Shown: one piece after another, positions 1 through 9,716 of the stretch
Layout: every line of letters starts with the position of its first letter
Numbering within the stretch: position 1 is the first letter of the stretch
Source: a virus
Taxonomy: Duplodnaviria; Caudoviricetes
DNA: 28,037 nt
IMG/VR virus record: IMGVR_UViG_3300021085_000163
Location: 1-28,037 of that record
Strand: one strand, 5' to 3'
Made by a program: the position numbers and the translations under genes
Notes under the pieces: generated by a model
Databases searched by the model: none
What the model saw: the letters and a program-made list of their open reading frames with translations, nothing else
Told to the model about the DNA's origin: nothing

Positions 1-1296
1 ACTGCCTTCTGTTAAATCATCAGTATCTTTAGTTGCAAGTCTTGTATCAAAAGCAGAGTTTACTCTTGTATCAGTATAATACAAATTAGACCCTTCTGTC
101 AAGTCTCCTGTATTATGATTTGATATATCTGAAACTGTACCAGTGACATCACCAGTTAAGTCTCCTGCAAAGTTTGTACTTGCAGTAATTAATGTACCAG
201 TAATTGCAGCTGCAGTTGAACTACCGATTACTGTACCGTCTATATTACCACCATTAATGTCCACTGTAGTCAATGTGGAGGTGCCTGTTGCATTCAAATC
301 TGTTGAGTATAGAGTTGACCACCTTTTACTACTAGACCCTAAGGCACGAGTATTATTCGTATCTGATATTATATCAGAATCTACTGAACCTGTCAAGCTA
401 ATCGTATCACCACTGGCATTACCTAAATCAACATTACCATTAACTGTTAAGTTTGCAGTGGTAGATAAATTACCTGTAAACGTACCTGTTGTACCTGAAA
501 CTGCAGAAGAGAATGTACCTGTTGTACCTGAAACTGCAGAAGAGAATGTACCTGTTGTACCTGCAACATCTCCTGAAGAAGTAAGTGAACCAACTGCAAC
601 ATTACCACTGAATGAACCAGTTGTTGCACTCGTTATTGCACCACTATTAATAGACATAGTTCCGTCTGTAAGTGTTGGTGCAGTCAATGTTTTACCACTT
701 GCAAGTGTTACATTATCTTGGTGATATACATTTCCATCAAATTCAATCTTTGCACTTGTTGAAAGTGTAGTTGTCGCATTGATAGAAGTTTCATTAAATA
801 TGATACCACTATCGTTGTTATTGTAAATTACATTTTCTGAAGTTTGGTTAAAGAATCCTGTTGCAACACCTGAATCTGCAACTCCTAAATATGAACCAGT
901 GTATGAATATACAGTAATCTTATCACCTGCAGTTGCACCACTAGTAAGTGTAATCTGACTATAAGTGTTAGCACTCAATACACCAAATCCACCGATAGTA
1001 TAGTCATCATCTTTTAATTGGTGGTCTCTTTGTATATAAACCTGTAATCTGTCTTTTTTATATTCTAATTCATTTCCATTAATATCTAAACCCGAGAATA
1101 CTTGTTGACCCGAAGTTGCAATGAATATAAATTCTTGGAAGAAGAATGATTTATCCTCAATACTATTAACTGCATCTACAAGAGTTCCTTGACTAGTAGT
1201 TCTAAGCCCACTTACATCGCCAACGTCTGTAGAAACCTGATTAAAGGTTTCTCTGAAGTTCTCTAAAGTACTGAATTGGTCTACTTGTTTAGCCAT
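1..1296 (-). CDS. Tail fibre / virion fibre protein, N-terminal 432 codons (runs off left edge)
   Basis: Not in the ORF track because no stop lies in the window. ATG at 1296 (MAKQVDQFSTLENFRETFNQV...) stays open to position 1. Ser/Thr/Gly-rich with fibre-type motifs: RALGSSSKRWSTLY, DINGGNIDGTVIG, GDLTGDVTG, repeated T(G/D)DLTEGSNLYYTD. Start overlaps the end of the upstream gene. Confidence 0.8.
   Translation of the reverse strand, partial: MAKQVDQFSTLENFRETFNQVSTDVGDVSGLRTTSQGTLVDAVNSIEDKSFFFQEFIFIATSGQQVFSGLDINGNELEYKKDRLQVYIQRDHQLKDDDYTIGGFGVLSANTYSQITLTSGATAGDKITVYSYTGSYLGVADSGVATGFFNQTSENVIYNNNDSGIIFNETSINATTTLSTSAKIEFDGNVYHQDNVTLASGKTLTAPTLTDGTMSINSGAITSATTGSFSGNVAVGSLTSSGDVAGTTGTFSSAVSGTTGTFSSAVSGTTGTFTGNLSTTANLTVNGNVDLGNASGDTISLTGSVDSDIISDTNNTRALGSSSKRWSTLYSTDLNATGTSTLTTVDINGGNIDGTVIGSSTAAAITGTLITASTNFAGDLTGDVTGTVSDISNHNTGDLTEGSNLYYTDTRVNSAFDTRLATKDTDDLTEGS
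482..563. repeat. Exact 33-bp tandem repeat, about 2.5 copies, in frame in the fibre gene (GTTGTFSSAVS)
   Basis: gtacctgttgtacctgaaactgcagaagagaat at 482-514 and 515-547, plus a 16-nt partial copy at 548-563. Confidence 0.95.
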
Positions 1297-1501
1297 TTAT
1301 CTTTTCCACTAGTTGATTAAGCATGTCTTTTATATCTCTCATGTCATCCTTAATATTATTTATTTCATCTACCTGTTTTTTATAGTTATCTTTTCTAAGT
1401 TTATGTAATCTCCAAGCACTAACATCAGTACTTACTATTGCAGAAGATTCGGAATCCCTTAATAGAGATGTATGTCCTTCTACTTTATAGTACTCTGACA
1501 T
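1289..1501 (-). CDS. Small conserved T4-like protein (70 aa, C-terminal coiled coil), probably virion-associated
   Basis: True start is most likely MSEYYKVEGHTSLLRD at 1501 (TAATG overlap with the upstream stop), not the track start at 1519. The KVEGH..L.RD...AIV pattern followed by a heptad helix resembles the small gene that follows VrlC-like genes in aquatic T4-likes. Confidence 0.75.
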   Translation of the reverse strand: MSEYYKVEGHTSLLRDSESSAIVSTDVSAWRLHKLRKDNYKKQVDEINNIKDDMRDIKDMLNQLVEKING

Positions 1502-4500
1502 TATGCAAGTCCTAAACATCTTAATGCAGATACCATAGGAACCACTGAACTATTAGAACCTTTACCTACAATCTTAATCGCAAATGCACTGAACTCGGGT
1601 AGGTCGTCTATAGTCCATTCATACTCTTTAAAGTTTCTTGCATCTGCCTCTGTTGTTGTATCGGGTGTTCCATAGTCATTAAAGTACTCCCAATTTAAAT
1701 CGTCAAAAGGTGTAGATTCATCATTTTTAAGAATCTTATATAACACTTGAACATTTGTTGTTGGTGGTCTAAACACATCTGCAATAACTTTAAGTGTTGA
1801 TGCAGGAGTTTTTAGATTTACCTTTCTAGTGCAATATACCATTGCGTTGTTATCTCCATCAGGTTCTGTTGATGCAGTATAAACTGTTCCTGTAGGTACA
1901 TCTGCATTGGAATCTATGTTGTTGATTCTATTTCCTATACCTATCGCACCTATTGTACCCACATCTATAACTGGAGATACATTTGAGTTAACTGATTGTA
2001 ACTGAAGTGTGCATGTGAATGATTTCTCTGATGACATCTCATTAGTTTCATTAATAGGAGATGCAATAACACTAGGAGAATCAAAGAACACATTATCATT
2101 TAGTGTTACAAATTTACTTGTATTGTTCTTAGTATATGCAGTACCATTACTATATCCTTCAGGTGAATTCATAGGTGTTGTTAATACACTTGCACTAATT
2201 CTAGTTAAAGCATAGTTTAAACTTGGAATGAGTGTGTGAATTGCATCAAAGTAATAGTTTCTTGTTGATGTTGCATTTTCTCCACCACCGACTGTTGAGT
2301 CATTTGATGAGTATGTTGTTTTAACATCAAAACTAGATAGGTCGGGTAATACTGTAAAGGAGTCTATTCCTATGTTTGCAATAGAAGTGAATGAAGAATT
2401 CAATGAAGATACTGGAATACCACCTAATGTTTCTCCAGTTGTATCAACATCTATTGTCAAGTCTGCAGTTCCACCGTCAAAGTTTACTGCACTCAATGTA
2501 TCAGTTGTTGCATATCCATAGCCTGGGTCGGTAATGAATACTGTAGTTATTGCATTATCAACAACTGTAAATTCTGCAGTTGCACCTGCACCTGTACCGC
2601 CAGTTAAGGATACATTAAATGTTCCATTGTTAGGTGTCCCACTTACTGAAGGTGTTGCAACGGTTAATACGCAATCTTCTTTATCACCTCTAATACCTGA
2701 AAGTGTTACATTTGAGTTTGTCGTATACATACCATGCATGTAGTTATAAACTTTAACATACTGTTGTCCACTGAATGTTTCTAATGCATTACTTTGTAAT
2801 TTAGAAGTGGTCAAAGGAGAATTCTCAAATTTTAACACTGGTGTTTTTGAAGTGTCAAATTGAGCAGTCTTCATGTGGAATTTCAAGTCATCTTCTTGTG
2901 TTGCAGTCCATGTGGATGCATTTTGTGATAAGAATAATGAACCAGCATACGGTTGACCTGCAATTGTCTGATTTGTTGCAAGGTCTTTCTCACCCATTCT
3001 TGAAATAAATGTTGTAAATTCATTTGAATTGGAGTATACTACGAATGAATATTCATGGTCTTCTTCTAAGAATACTGGAGATTCAAATGTAAATGTTGTT
3101 GCAACTGAACCATCAGAAGATGTATTGACATTCGCTGGATTTATTGTTACAGTAGAGAATGGTATAACATTCTGGCCTGGATATCCATTTATCATATTTC
3201 TAATTTCAACAGAAACTGGTAGTGTTGAGTCTTTCTTCTCAAAGAATAAGTCTATAGATGTTACAAACATACCACCTGACCTATCAACCAAGAATGATTG
3301 TGCAAGTGGGTCTCCCCAACCTCTGTCTAGTGGGAAATCGAAGAATCTTCTATCCTCAACCACTCTAAAGTCCATATTCCTAGTAGTAGGTATTAACATT
3401 GGAGGTGCAATAAATGGTGGTGGCTCAGGTAGTGGGGGTAATTGTGGTGGTGCAATTACTCTTGAAAATGGAGGTGGTACTTCAATTGGTACAGGGTCTT
3501 GTATAATATCGGGTATTACTGGTAACTCTGCAACAGGTGGTATTGGTGGTGCAGTCTCATCAAATACTTGTGCATTTATTCTCTCACCAGCCCTAGTTAT
3601 TTGTCTAGAACCAGTACTCCTTTCTGTAATTACTCTACCATTTCTTGTAGATGTAATCTCTGTTTGGTTAGATTGTAGTAGTCCTTGTGCCTGATATATT
3701 CCACTTGCCTGTGAGCCTGGGTTATTCAAGTCATAAAAACTAGACGTTAATCTAAGTTCTCTTTGTCCTGTAGGGAAACTTTGTTTACTTGTGTTTGGTA
3801 ACTCAAAGAAACCTCTTAGTCTACCATTACCATCTGACTTAAGTCCTGAAGTAACTGTTGTTCCACCGTCTTGTGAATACGTTGCATTTAAAGGTCTTAC
3901 ATATTCATCTACTCTGATTCCATCAAAGAAGAAGTAATGGTTTGAATTTGGTTTTAAATTAGTTGCATCTAACTCAATAGTTCTAGACCTCATGAAAGGT
4001 ACTATTGTTATACTTACAACTCTATCGTTTCTTGTTTCTACGAAGTCTTCAACAACACTTGTTGTAACACCTGTTCTTGTTTGAGTCTCAACTGTTTCTG
4101 TAATTTCTCTTGATACTTGTAAACCAGCAACCCATTCTCCACCTTGTGCTGGGTCTCCACTCCAAGAACCATTAGAAGTGGCCTGCACTTCTGTTGATAC
4201 TGTATTAGGTTCACCAACCCATGTTGTTTGCCATGAGTTCCAAACCGTTCCTAGTGAGTTTGTATTTTCAGAAAGAACTGCATCATAGTTTCCTTCTCTG
4301 TTCATTCTTACTTCGGGTAATTGTTCTGTATCATTCCATATATCAGTTTCGGGTGATAACTTAACTGTACCAAAGAAATTGAATACATGGTATGGGTTAA
4401 CATTAATAGTTCTTGATGCCTTATCTTGATTTACATATGTTTGAGAACTATAAGGTAGAGTAATTAAATCTCCAGTCTTCTGATAATTAGAAGATATAGC

Positions 4501-7500
4501 AGTATTAAAGTCTATGTCAAAGAATTGTGAATAAGATTGTGGTCTCATTGCACCAAGTTTTGTATCTACACTTATCTGATAATCGGGATGATTCACATCT
4601 CCAACTCTATGTCCTCTGAAGTTGTCTACTAAGAACCCTGACTTAAATCTATCGAATCCATCAGCATCTAAAATTTGTTTAGACTGTGTGTCTCTTTCTA
4701 GTAGAGACAATGCAGTGATTCTTTCTAGGTTTGTAACACGATTATTAATCTTACCAATATCCTTCATGGTAAATCTACGGTGGTCTTGTGTTCTAACTCT
4801 TACGTTTTTTAAACTTTTAGTATATGCAGGTATCTGTACTTCGAATAATTCTATTGCATCATCAACAGCCTTAGGTTTAGTCGGTGATAGTGAAGGAATA
4901 CCAGCAGATGTTTGGAATGAACCCGACTTATGTAAGAATACTTTGTCTATTCTTCCAACGTAGAATGCAATGTCCCCAACAACACTTGAACCTGTTACTG
5001 GTGTGTCGTTTGAACTTGCACCTGTACTTGAAATTCCAGTTCTTGATTGACTGAAATCTCTACCAGTGTCATATCCAAACGGTGCATAAACAGAACCCTC
5101 TGTAGAATTTGATAAGTTTACTGGGTTAGTTGGGTCTTGAGTGTTTGTTGTTCCAAATGTTGATGTACCAATAATTTGTCCTACGACTGGTCTAAAGTCA
5201 ACACAATCTGAAAGTTCAAATGTTCCATCAGGTTCTAAACCACCTAAGTCTACTCTACTTGGTGAGAACACTGGAATTTCGTCATATGGTACTGATGCAT
5301 ATGATTCAACGTCAAAGAAATCTCCACCATCTGAAGTGAAGTAGTCAAATACAACTAGTATTTTTCCTGACGGGGTTGGTTCTCCAACCTTTCTTGTAAT
5401 TTTTGCAAGGTCATAATATCCATCTCTCTGACCATTATCAAAGAAGAATCTAGACTTGATATCGGGTGAACCTTGTGATACACTAGTAATTGTTGCGACT
5501 GCAAGTGAAGTCTGACCGACAATACTTTCACCTTCTATAAATGTTCCTGATACCATTCTATAATATGAAGTTGCAAGTGAGCCACTATATGTAATCATAA
5601 CAGCACGAGCATCTGAAGTTTGACCTATGATTGTTTCGTATACTTGGAATGTTCCACTGTCTACTGAAAAATATGATGAAGGTGGTAGAGGTGTTGTTCC
5701 TCCTACTCCTTCATATATTGCATGAATTTTATGAACGTCTGCAACACCTAAAGTAATTTCTTTATCATCATATGCAGTACCATAGAAACCACCAGCACTT
5801 CTTGCACTTTCAACACCAAGTAATCTTGATTTTCTTAATGTCTTATTTCTAGAATCAGGATTAGTTCTATTTACTGTAAATGTAATTTTAAGTTTTGCAC
5901 CATTATTATTTGGTATACTTTTAGTAAGAGTTTGTCCTGTCCCACCATCTGTTGAAGGGTCTCCTGAAAAATCTTCTATATTAAGTAGGTCACCTAAATC
6001 ATATGCATTTGCATCTGAAGATTCATCAACAACTGCAATCGTAAAGTTATCTGTATTGACTGCACCGAATGTTGCATTTGAACCAGTACTAATAGTGAAA
6101 GAACCACCTGATACATCAACAACTTGTTGTCTTCTTACCTGAATAGAATCACATGAATGTGTTTTTACCCAGTCTCTTGGCCATGCAAAGATAGATGCAG
6201 TTTGGTCTTGGTCATATAGTTGTGTTCGTCTTCTTGTTACATTACCAGTGTATGAATTTCCAGCATTTCCTGTAAGTGTAAGAGTCGTGTCATCTGTAAC
6301 ACTTGCAACTACTAACTCAAATGATGCAACATCATTAGCAGGGTTTACTATTATGTCACCTTCTTTTAATTCAGTTGTAAATGAAGTTGCAAAACCAGTA
6401 ACAGTTGTAGAACCATCTGTATATGTAACTGTACCGATTAGAGTTCTAGATGCATCTACTACAGTGTTTGCAGTAAATGTAGTTGAACCTGAATCTTGTG
6501 GGTCTTGTGAAACTCCTCTAACACGGTCAATGTTATAGTTTCGAACTGCAGTAACTGTTGTTGTTCCACTAGTTGTACCGTTAGTTGTGATTGCATCATT
6601 AACTACGAATGTACCTACTACGTCATGAACAAATAACTGACCAGTTGTAGTATATGAAACAATACCAGTTGCACCTGAAGTACCACCAATTACTTGGTCT
6701 CCTTCCGTAAAGGTTCCAGCCAAAGTTCCACTTATTTTTGTTAACATCTTGATATCAAATAGATACAAGTTCCATTGTGATGAAGCGTTATACTCTTGTG
6801 AAGATGCAGAACCACTTTGTAAATCTATGTTTCTTAATCTTGCAAAACCAATCTTTCCACTTGAAGGTTCTGTTCCACTACTTGATATTGTAGTATCCCA
6901 AAGAGTAACTTCTTTAAATGGTGTGACTGTTGCATCTCCAGTTTCATTACCAAATTCGGGTAATGAATGGACATTAGTAATTCTTAATTTATTACCAATC
7001 CTTACTGGGGTGTTTGTGTTGTTCAAAGATACTGTAGACCTTGCCTTACTGAATGATATTGGTGTTGTACCAATCTTATCGATTTCATATCCTTTAACGT
7101 ATCCTTTACCAGGCGATACCTGCATGATGAACTTATCGTCATCACCACCATTAGCAGAAGTATAATAACCTCTGTTTGTAGTGTCGTCCAAATGTTCTCT
7201 TAAACTATGTGTGAATTGTCTAACAACAAAGTCTCCATTAGCATCAAATGTTCTTCGTGCCATAGAGTTTTCAATCTCATTGTATATTGGTCTTGTTATC
7301 TTAAGTTCTATTATACCCTGATTAACTCTGACAAGTTCTATAAAGTCTACATCATCTGTAGTATCAAGTGTGTACTTAGATAGTACAAAATCTAACTTAA
7401 GTCTATCAGCACCAGCTGCATTTTCATTTGTTGTACCTGAAGAGTTATCTAAAAGACTTGTATCATCTGCAGAGGATACTAGGTCTTCTGCAATTGTTAG

Positions 7501-8172
7501 ACCAACTCTGTATGTTGGTTTACCTGAATACTTTTCAAGTATGAGTTCTTGTTTGTCAACTTTACAAAAGAATCCTCTTGCAAAAACTATACCTTCTGAT
7601 ATACTTGCAATAGAAGAACGACCAACTGGACTATCTGTTTTTGGTTTTACTGTGAACTCATTATTATTAGCACTGTTTACAGTAACTGTTCCATCTTCAC
7701 CCAATGTACACTCTTGTAGTTCTTCACCTGAATAGAATACTACAGAGTTACTTGCATCAGTTCCTTGTGAATGAAATTTAACAAATAATGTTATAGGGTC
7801 ATCTGTAGTTTCTGCAGCTGAAGAGAAAACTTTACCGACAACACCTGATGATTTACCTCTTAGGAATTTATCATGAAAAGTTTTTCTATATTCTTCTGTA
7901 TTTGCATCTCCACCAGCGTTCGGGTTTGCAGAGTTTACTTTTACATAGAATACTTCTAAATCTATATCTGATTCTGCACCAGTAACTAAAGACCCCTCCT
8001 CAAACATATGAGAACCAAATCTTTCAATTTGATTTTGTAATATGGATTGGGTTTGAGTTATTTCTCTAGACTGTAGTGGACGACCTGCTCTGAACAGAAC
8101 TTTATTGAATTTCTTATCTTCCGAAAAGTCATCATAATACGGTGCTATATTTAAATCAGTTTTTTCTGGCAT
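1501..8172 (-). CDS. vrlC: VrlC-like / DUF4815 large virion structural (baseplate/fibre-associated) protein, 2223 aa
   Basis: Characteristic N-terminus (PYYDDF...VLFRAGRPLQSREITQTQSILQNQIERFG) and internal blocks RRFTMKDIG, DRFKSGFLVDNF, NVNPY, DPLAQSF, SLFLSQNASTW...EDDLKF. Lies directly downstream of gp8; TAAGGA RBS. Confidence 0.85.
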   Translation of the reverse strand: MPEKTDLNIAPYYDDFSEDKKFNKVLFRAGRPLQSREITQTQSILQNQIERFGSHMFEEGSLVTGAESDIDLEVFYVKVNSANPNAGGDANTEEYRKTFHDKFLRGKSSGVVGKVFSSAAETTDDPITLFVKFHSQGTDASNSVVFYSGEELQECTLGEDGTVTVNSANNNEFTVKPKTDSPVGRSSIASISEGIVFARGFFCKVDKQELILEKYSGKPTYRVGLTIAEDLVSSADDTSLLDNSSGTTNENAAGADRLKLDFVLSKYTLDTTDDVDFIELVRVNQGIIELKITRPIYNEIENSMARRTFDANGDFVVRQFTHSLREHLDDTTNRGYYTSANGGDDDKFIMQVSPGKGYVKGYEIDKIGTTPISFSKARSTVSLNNTNTPVRIGNKLRITNVHSLPEFGNETGDATVTPFKEVTLWDTTISSSGTEPSSGKIGFARLRNIDLQSGSASSQEYNASSQWNLYLFDIKMLTKISGTLAGTFTEGDQVIGGTSGATGIVSYTTTGQLFVHDVVGTFVVNDAITTNGTTSGTTTVTAVRNYNIDRVRGVSQDPQDSGSTTFTANTVVDASRTLIGTVTYTDGSTTVTGFATSFTTELKEGDIIVNPANDVASFELVVASVTDDTTLTLTGNAGNSYTGNVTRRRTQLYDQDQTASIFAWPRDWVKTHSCDSIQVRRQQVVDVSGGSFTISTGSNATFGAVNTDNFTIAVVDESSDANAYDLGDLLNIEDFSGDPSTDGGTGQTLTKSIPNNNGAKLKITFTVNRTNPDSRNKTLRKSRLLGVESARSAGGFYGTAYDDKEITLGVADVHKIHAIYEGVGGTTPLPPSSYFSVDSGTFQVYETIIGQTSDARAVMITYSGSLATSYYRMVSGTFIEGESIVGQTSLAVATITSVSQGSPDIKSRFFFDNGQRDGYYDLAKITRKVGEPTPSGKILVVFDYFTSDGGDFFDVESYASVPYDEIPVFSPSRVDLGGLEPDGTFELSDCVDFRPVVGQIIGTSTFGTTNTQDPTNPVNLSNSTEGSVYAPFGYDTGRDFSQSRTGISSTGASSNDTPVTGSSVVGDIAFYVGRIDKVFLHKSGSFQTSAGIPSLSPTKPKAVDDAIELFEVQIPAYTKSLKNVRVRTQDHRRFTMKDIGKINNRVTNLERITALSLLERDTQSKQILDADGFDRFKSGFLVDNFRGHRVGDVNHPDYQISVDTKLGAMRPQSYSQFFDIDFNTAISSNYQKTGDLITLPYSSQTYVNQDKASRTINVNPYHVFNFFGTVKLSPETDIWNDTEQLPEVRMNREGNYDAVLSENTNSLGTVWNSWQTTWVGEPNTVSTEVQATSNGSWSGDPAQGGEWVAGLQVSREITETVETQTRTGVTTSVVEDFVETRNDRVVSITIVPFMRSRTIELDATNLKPNSNHYFFFDGIRVDEYVRPLNATYSQDGGTTVTSGLKSDGNGRLRGFFELPNTSKQSFPTGQRELRLTSSFYDLNNPGSQASGIYQAQGLLQSNQTEITSTRNGRVITERSTGSRQITRAGERINAQVFDETAPPIPPVAELPVIPDIIQDPVPIEVPPPFSRVIAPPQLPPLPEPPPFIAPPMLIPTTRNMDFRVVEDRRFFDFPLDRGWGDPLAQSFLVDRSGGMFVTSIDLFFEKKDSTLPVSVEIRNMINGYPGQNVIPFSTVTINPANVNTSSDGSVATTFTFESPVFLEEDHEYSFVVYSNSNEFTTFISRMGEKDLATNQTIAGQPYAGSLFLSQNASTWTATQEDDLKFHMKTAQFDTSKTPVLKFENSPLTTSKLQSNALETFSGQQYVKVYNYMHGMYTTNSNVTLSGIRGDKEDCVLTVATPSVSGTPNNGTFNVSLTGGTGAGATAEFTVVDNAITTVFITDPGYGYATTDTLSAVNFDGGTADLTIDVDTTGETLGGIPVSSLNSSFTSIANIGIDSFTVLPDLSSFDVKTTYSSNDSTVGGGENATSTRNYYFDAIHTLIPSLNYALTRISASVLTTPMNSPEGYSNGTAYTKNNTSKFVTLNDNVFFDSPSVIASPINETNEMSSEKSFTCTLQLQSVNSNVSPVIDVGTIGAIGIGNRINNIDSNADVPTGTVYTASTEPDGDNNAMVYCTRKVNLKTPASTLKVIADVFRPPTTNVQVLYKILKNDESTPFDDLNWEYFNDYGTPDTTTEADARNFKEYEWTIDDLPEFSAFAIKIVGKGSNSSVVPMVSALRCLGLA

Positions 8173-8189
8173 ATTCCTTAACCTGTTGT

Positions 8190-8206
8190 GGGGACATTAA
8201 GTCCCC
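8190..8206 (-). other. GC-rich intergenic hairpin GGGGAC-TTAAT-GTCCCC between gp8 and vrlC
   Basis: Perfect 6-bp inverted repeat 5 nt after the gp8 stop; no U-tract follows. Confidence 0.6.
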
Positions 8207-8211
8207 GATAA

Positions 8212-9675
8212 TTACATTTCTATAATTAATTTAATATCTTCGATTTGGTCTGCAGCCCTAGTTACAGCACCCCTGTTTTCAACATACAGGATGTTACCTG
8301 TAAATCTTTCTACTTCAGGGAAATTAGCATCTAGTGAATCTGCATTACCGATTGTTGTACCACCTTTGTAAACAGTATCATCTTGTGCAAAGTTTACATA
8401 TCCACCTTCACTATTTACAATAGGTTGATGTGATACCACTGAACCATTAATTGATATGATTCTTGACACTGCCACTCCAGCACCATCTGATGATGCATTA
8501 CGAATAATATCATCTACTGATAGTCCTGAAACACTTGATAATGTCATCTTATTATATGCACCAAGTGTTGTTGCAGTTGCAACTGTTGTTGTTCCTGCAG
8601 TGAATGGGTCTTGTAGTAACCCTATTCTTCTGAAATCGTTATCTGTTGGGAAGTCACCCGAACCTTCGTTAAACTCAAATCTTGAGTTTACAATTATATA
8701 GTTTCCACCTAGTTCTTCAACTGGGTCTGCACCATGTCCGTTCATAGGTGATATAATTGGTGTTAATACTGCACTTGAACCACTTCCGATTCCTGATATA
8801 CCTGCAACATCAATAGATGCACGTTTATAACCTGAACCATATGCAGATGTAGTAACTGAAACAGATGTGACACCACCGCCAGAACCAACAGTTACTGAAC
8901 AAGTTGCACTTGAACCGTCACCGTCTATAGCAACATTAGTATATGTTCCAGGCGTATAACCTGAACCAGCATTATCTACTCTTACATGGTAGATTGCACC
9001 TGAAGTTGCAGAGTTTTCTACATCCCATAGTGAAGAGGAGTCGTTTGTTGCAGTTGAACCCAACTGACCATTTGTTCCTGTACCTGCAACAGCAGTTTTT
9101 GCACCTAATGATTTAACTGGTAAAAAGTCTGAAGTCACATACTTAATTGTATCAGCAGCAGATACTGTATACATGTACTTCCAAATATATCCTGCAGCTG
9201 CACCAGTGTCCGAGGTATACACTAAGGCTGTTGCACTTGTTCCAGTTGGTTTTACAGTTGATTCAACCGTAACACCTGAACTATTTCTTCCAGTTCTTAT
9301 ACACTTATAGACATTGTAGTCATCAGTGATGACAAAAAACTTAGAATCAAATAGATTATTTGCAGATGTGCTTGATGAAGTGTTTGAAGAACTTATATCA
9401 TGAGAATATTCGTCATATTTAGTTCCTGTTGTCCAGTCGTATCTTTGTATAGCATGTGATACATCAGAAGATGAAACTTTCTTCATAGAAAGCATATCTG
9501 AAAATGAATCCATCTCCTCACTTGTTCCATTTACTGGAACTGGTGGAGAAGTGTCGTCTGTCCATGGGAATGAACGACCTATAAAGATATAAGTTGATGA
9601 GGCACTTTCACCGAAGTCCTCTTTAAATTGTTTCGCATTATGTGTACGAAACTTTTCTGTAATTATTGCTGCCAT
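8212..9675 (-). CDS. gp8: Baseplate wedge subunit gp8
   Basis: MAAIITEKFRTHNAKQF N-terminus, YNVYKC, GYIWKYMYT, GHGADPVEELG, NDFRRIGL, C-terminal YVENR..VTRAADQIEDIKLIIE. GAGGAG RBS at 9686-9691; follows gp7. Confidence 0.9.
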   Translation of the reverse strand: MAAIITEKFRTHNAKQFKEDFGESASSTYIFIGRSFPWTDDTSPPVPVNGTSEEMDSFSDMLSMKKVSSSDVSHAIQRYDWTTGTKYDEYSHDISSSNTSSSTSANNLFDSKFFVITDDYNVYKCIRTGRNSSGVTVESTVKPTGTSATALVYTSDTGAAAGYIWKYMYTVSAADTIKYVTSDFLPVKSLGAKTAVAGTGTNGQLGSTATNDSSSLWDVENSATSGAIYHVRVDNAGSGYTPGTYTNVAIDGDGSSATCSVTVGSGGGVTSVSVTTSAYGSGYKRASIDVAGISGIGSGSSAVLTPIISPMNGHGADPVEELGGNYIIVNSRFEFNEGSGDFPTDNDFRRIGLLQDPFTAGTTTVATATTLGAYNKMTLSSVSGLSVDDIIRNASSDGAGVAVSRIISINGSVVSHQPIVNSEGGYVNFAQDDTVYKGGTTIGNADSLDANFPEVERFTGNILYVENRGAVTRAADQIEDIKLIIEM

Positions 9676-9705
9676 TTTATTTTATCTCCTCAAGATATTT
9701 AATAC

Positions 9706-9713
9706 TATTTATA
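9706..9713 (-). promoter_or_regulatory. T4-type late promoter TATAAATA (extended TATAAATAGTATT) upstream of gp8
   Basis: Exact gp55-type consensus in the gp7-gp8 spacer, correctly oriented. Confidence 0.85.
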
Positions 9714-9716
9714 ACA

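Noticed and set aside
482-563. 33-bp repeat as a CRISPR array
   Set aside because: Copies are directly adjacent with no spacers and lie in frame within a CDS.
447-629. 60-aa minus-strand ORF with QVQQVHSLLQF repeats
   Set aside because: Alternative frame of the 33-bp repeat inside the fibre gene.
8190-8206. Hairpin as a rho-independent terminator
   Set aside because: No U-tract on either strand; kept only as an unspecified hairpin.
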